Part shown: positions 28,586 through 32,000 of the stretch, in pieces
Layout: each line of letters opens with the position of its first letter
How positions within the stretch are numbered: the first letter of the stretch is position 1
Origin: Trichodesmium erythraeum IMS101
GTDB taxonomy: Bacteria > Cyanobacteriota > Cyanobacteriia > Cyanobacteriales > Microcoleaceae
DNA length: 32,000 nucleotides
Direction: 5' to 3'
Assembly (NCBI RefSeq): GCF_000014265.1
Contig: NC_008312.1
Span: 2,970,001 to 3,002,000 of the forward strand
The notes under the pieces: model-generated
Seen by the model: the letters and a program-made list of their open reading frames with translations, nothing else
Told to the model about the DNA's origin: nothing
Databases searched by the model: none
Program-made: the position numbers and the translations under genes

Positions 28586-30205
28586 ATGTCCAAAAAATTA
28601 ATGATAAAAAAGGCCAATAAACCGACATCAGAAATAGCAAAAGAAATTTTAGAAAATGATAATCGAGAAAAAGAAGCGATCGCTATCCTATTAGACAAAC
28701 ATATAGGCAAAGACAATAGATTATTAGTACAAAAAACCATGATGGGAAACACAGAAGCTTACATTGGTTCGGTCACTCTAGAATGGTTAGATAGTCGTGT
28801 ACGCTTTGCCTCTCAACTACCATTATTTAGGCAAAAATTTGACATAGAAACTGATAATATAATTCGGGATTCAGAAACAATAGATGAAATTCAACAACGA
28901 CCCTTAGACTGGTCTCGTCAAGCTCCATTAACTTTATATTTAGCAACTAGAAAATCCCATAAATTTCCGGCAGTATTAGTAGTAATTAGTCCGAGTTGGG
29001 TAGATAATCCTAAGGCAGAAGAATGGAATAAAAATGGTGAAGCAAATAAATCTGCAACTGATTTTTTTTCCCTAGATTCACAGGGAAAAGTAGGATTATT
29101 AGACCTACGTTTAGAAGTAGCAGTATTTGCCTTAGATGGTCAACATAGACTGATGGGAATTCAAGGATTAATGGAATTAATAAAAACTGGTAGATTACCA
29201 AGATATAACAAACAAAAGAAATCAGTAGGTGCAGCAATTACTATTGATGATTTAACTATAACTCATCAGATTGAATTACCAGAAATACAAAAATTAGCTT
29301 ACGAACAAATAGGAATAGAATTTATTCCAGCAGTAGTAAAAGGGGAGACAAGAGCACAAGCACGACGCAGAGTTAGGTCAGTTTTTGCTCATGTAAATTT
29401 GACAGCAGTAAAATTAAGTAAAGGGCAATTAGCATTATTAAATGAAGATGATGGATTTGCTATTGTAGCGAGAAAAATAGCAATTTATCATCCTATTTTA
29501 AAGGAGAAAGATGGTAGAAATCCAAGAATAAATTGGGATAGTGCAACTGTGGCAGCTAACTCTACTGTTTTAACTACTCTCCAAGCATTGCAAGAAATGT
29601 CTGAAAGATATTTAAAACCTCGTTATCCCTATTGGAAACCTTCAGATAGAGGTTTAATTCCTATGCGTCCTGCAGAAGAAGAGCTAGAAGAGGGGGTAGA
29701 AGAATTTATGGTACTTTGGAATTATTTGTCTAATTTGCCTAGTTATTCTAGATTAGAAAATGGCTCTGAAACTTCGGAATTAAGAAGATTTAGTTTTGAG
29801 AGAAAACCGGGAGAAGGTCATGTTTTGTTCCGCCCTATTGGGCAAATTGCTTTTGCTGAAGCTTTAGGGATTTTAATATATAAAAAAGAATTTTCTCTCA
29901 AAGAAGTTTTTCATAAATTAAATAAGTATGATGTGGATGGTGGTTTGAGTGGAATAGAATTTCCTGACTCAATTTGGTATGGGGTTTTATATGATTTTAA
30001 TCGGAAACGAATGTCGGTAGCTGGTAGAGATTTAGCAATGAGATTATTTATCTATATATTAGGTGGAGTTTCTGACAAAATGGAGCGGGCAGAAGTTCGT
30101 CGGCAGTTGGCGCAAGCAAGACGAGTTGGAGAGGATCAAGCTGTAGATTTTCAGGGTAAGTTTGTCGAATTAAAAAAAGTAGGATTACCTGAAATTTTAT
30201 ATTAA
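28586..30205 (+). CDS. dndB: DndB-like DGQHR-domain protein (ParB-fold, dnd-associated), unusually long
   Basis: VFALDGQHRLMGIQGL (DGQHR motif) and SVFAHVNLTAVKLSKGQLALLNEDD (FxxxN motif region) are present. The gene is divergent from dndC across a 495-bp AT-rich spacer. I chose the start at the first ATG (28586), giving 539 aa. Confidence 0.8.
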   Translation: MSKKLMIKKANKPTSEIAKEILENDNREKEAIAILLDKHIGKDNRLLVQKTMMGNTEAYIGSVTLEWLDSRVRFASQLPLFRQKFDIETDNIIRDSETIDEIQQRPLDWSRQAPLTLYLATRKSHKFPAVLVVISPSWVDNPKAEEWNKNGEANKSATDFFSLDSQGKVGLLDLRLEVAVFALDGQHRLMGIQGLMELIKTGRLPRYNKQKKSVGAAITIDDLTITHQIELPEIQKLAYEQIGIEFIPAVVKGETRAQARRRVRSVFAHVNLTAVKLSKGQLALLNEDDGFAIVARKIAIYHPILKEKDGRNPRINWDSATVAANSTVLTTLQALQEMSERYLKPRYPYWKPSDRGLIPMRPAEEELEEGVEEFMVLWNYLSNLPSYSRLENGSETSELRRFSFERKPGEGHVLFRPIGQIAFAEALGILIYKKEFSLKEVFHKLNKYDVDGGLSGIEFPDSIWYGVLYDFNRKRMSVAGRDLAMRLFIYILGGVSDKMERAEVRRQLAQARRVGEDQAVDFQGKFVELKKVGLPEILY

Positions 30206-30890
30206 AGTATGAGTTTATAGAAGTTATATTATTTCACGGAAGTCAAAATTTAGTATACTTTTAATTTAGATGTTGTCTAGCATTTGTATTTTAAGTGTTA
30301 ATTATCTTAGGTATTGACTTTTAATTTAGATATATGCCAACTATTTTTTAAGTAAAATATTCATCGTCTCAACTTTTTATTTTTAACTTTTGAGTTTATA
30401 TATTTAGCTATTTTAAATAAATACTTTTCCCAAAACTATTCTTAATTTTGATGATCATATTATTCTCTAGGAATATATTCAGATTAGTATCAATAACTAA
30501 TTCTTAATATTCATTTCTTGGAAGTCAAAATTTATGATATAATATTCTTTGTATAATAGTTTTTAGTAAACTAGTAATATAACAATGTTTTTATACCCAT
30601 TGAAAAGGACTAAATATTTCATAAATAAAATTTATCTAATAATTAATTAGAGCTTCCATAATTTGATATCATCTCTGAGTAAATACTATGGATATAAATC
30701 AATTCTTTATCTAAATAGATGAAATAGATGATAATCATTATCTAAGAATTGACAGACTAATTTCAGTGAAACTAATTTCACTGTATGTGGCGATTTAGAT
30801 AAACTTAATAGTATGGTCAATTGTAAGACTACGGATGTTTATTAAAATAGGTAATTTGAGAGCTAGATTAAATAACTCAAGACATATTTT

Positions 30891-31781
30891 ATGGATAGTA
30901 TTTTTATTCAAATAGTTGCTTACCGGGATTTAGAATTAGTTCCCACAGTTGAAGAGGCGATCGCTCATGCTACTCATCCCAAGCGTCTCACTTTTGGTAT
31001 TTGTTGGCAGTATGGTACGGATGAGGAAAAAGATTATATTAGTAAACTTAAAGCTATAAAAAATTGTCGTATTATTACAGTTACAGCTTCTCAAGCTCGC
31101 GGTGTAGGTTGGGCGAGGTCTCTGGTGCAAAAGTTATGGCAAAAAGAACAATATACTCTACAAATTGATGCCCATATGAGATTTTTACCTGGATGGGATG
31201 TGAAATTAATTAAAATGCTGAAAGCCTGTCCTAGTGAAAAACCGCTTTTAAGTGCTTATCCTCCTGCTTACAGACCCCCTAGAGAATTGCTTGGAGATAC
31301 ACCGAGTCGCTTAGAGCCAAGCCAGTTTGGAGATCCTGGTACTTTAACTTTAAAAGCAATAGGAGATTTGAGTAAATGCAGTACTCCGCAACTAGGAGCT
31401 TTTGTTGCTGCTGGATTTATTTTTGCAGAAGGGTCAATTATTGAAGAGGTGCCCTACGACCCGGATATTTATTTTACTGGAGAAGAGGTGTTATTTGCTG
31501 CTAAAGCTTGGACGAAGGGGTGGGATATTTATCATCCTAATTTGAGTGTTTGTTGGCATTTTTATAATACTGGTAAAAAGCGGGTTGTGCATTGGGAAGA
31601 TCATCAACATTGGTGGGTCCAAAATAAGGTATCTGAATCTCGTTTTCGTCAGATTTTGGGAATGGAAACTGCAAAGGAGGATTTTGGAATTTATGGATTA
31701 GGAAATGTCAGAAGTTTGGCAGAGTATGAAGCATTTGCCGGTGTAAATTTTCAGGAACGTTGGTTTATTCATTTTATTTAG
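30891..31781 (+). CDS. Glycosyltransferase, GlcNAc-transferase-like family (PF11397-type pattern)
   Basis: IFIQIVAYRDLELVPTVEEAIAHATHPKRLTFGICWQY...ARGVGWARSLVQKLWQKEQYTLQIDAHMRFLPGWD...PLLSAYPP matches the pattern I recall for this family (YRD...W...DSH/DAH xRF xxxWD). Confidence 0.65.
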   Translation: MDSIFIQIVAYRDLELVPTVEEAIAHATHPKRLTFGICWQYGTDEEKDYISKLKAIKNCRIITVTASQARGVGWARSLVQKLWQKEQYTLQIDAHMRFLPGWDVKLIKMLKACPSEKPLLSAYPPAYRPPRELLGDTPSRLEPSQFGDPGTLTLKAIGDLSKCSTPQLGAFVAAGFIFAEGSIIEEVPYDPDIYFTGEEVLFAAKAWTKGWDIYHPNLSVCWHFYNTGKKRVVHWEDHQHWWVQNKVSESRFRQILGMETAKEDFGIYGLGNVRSLAEYEAFAGVNFQERWFIHFI

Positions 31782-31782
31782 G

Positions 31783-31808
31783 GAAGTTAGAAGTTAAAAG
31801 TTAGAAGG
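31783..31808. repeat. STRR-like heptamer microsatellite directly after the glycosyltransferase stop codon
   Basis: gaagtta gaagtta aaagtta gaaggag has period 7. Confidence 0.8.
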
Positions 31809-32000
31809 AGGTTAATTAACTACAAGTGTGATAATTTTTTCTTATTAACTTTTTTACATTAGGTTTCTTCATAAAAGGTTTTAAAACTCTGGTTATCTAT
31901 TTCAAAATCGGTATTTTTAGATAGGTCTATTAGGTGCTTAATAATATTGAGCAACTCTACTATTTAAAAAAAATATAATTAATTCTCAAGCTGATAAATT

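Overview
This is an AT-rich chromosomal segment from a filamentous cyanobacterium. The HIP1 octamer GCGATCGC occurs 16 times, the master regulator HetR is present with an upstream PatX-like RGSGR peptide gene, and heptamer STRR-like microsatellites are common. The low coding density and many tandem repeats fit a Trichodesmium-like Oscillatoriales genome, but that assignment is an inference. By my own calls only about 18 kb of 32 kb (about 56%) is intact CDS. Left to right the window holds: a Ser/Thr-kinase 3' end and a GUN4-domain ORF separated by one in-frame TAA; a TnpB relic; a flavin reductase; a family-5 solute-binding lipoprotein; hetR and patX; a cysC-wza-wzc block (APS kinase plus polysaccharide export and chain-length/tyrosine-kinase genes); a succinic-semialdehyde dehydrogenase and an acetolactate-synthase-like ThDP enzyme (the cyanobacterial 2-oxoglutarate decarboxylase/SSADH pair), split by a decayed DUF4347/RTX pseudogene and a 29-bp x5 palindromic tandem array; a decayed flavin amine-oxidase pseudogene; a DNA phosphorothioation-type cluster (divergent long DndB-like DGQHR protein, then DndC and DndD); and a GlcNAc-type glycosyltransferase. 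The most unusual structure is in the dnd cluster. The dndC-dndD junction, normally tight, holds 2.5 kb of near-identical compound tandem repeats (5 x 226 bp, then about 5.6 x 188/189 bp, sharing a ~73-bp core, plus older degenerate copies). The dndD 3' end with its flank is tandemly triplicated (3 x 150 bp). No dndE, dndA or dndFGH is visible. No tRNA, rRNA or CRISPR array was found. All protein identifications rest on my reading of the translated ORFs, and no database search was run.
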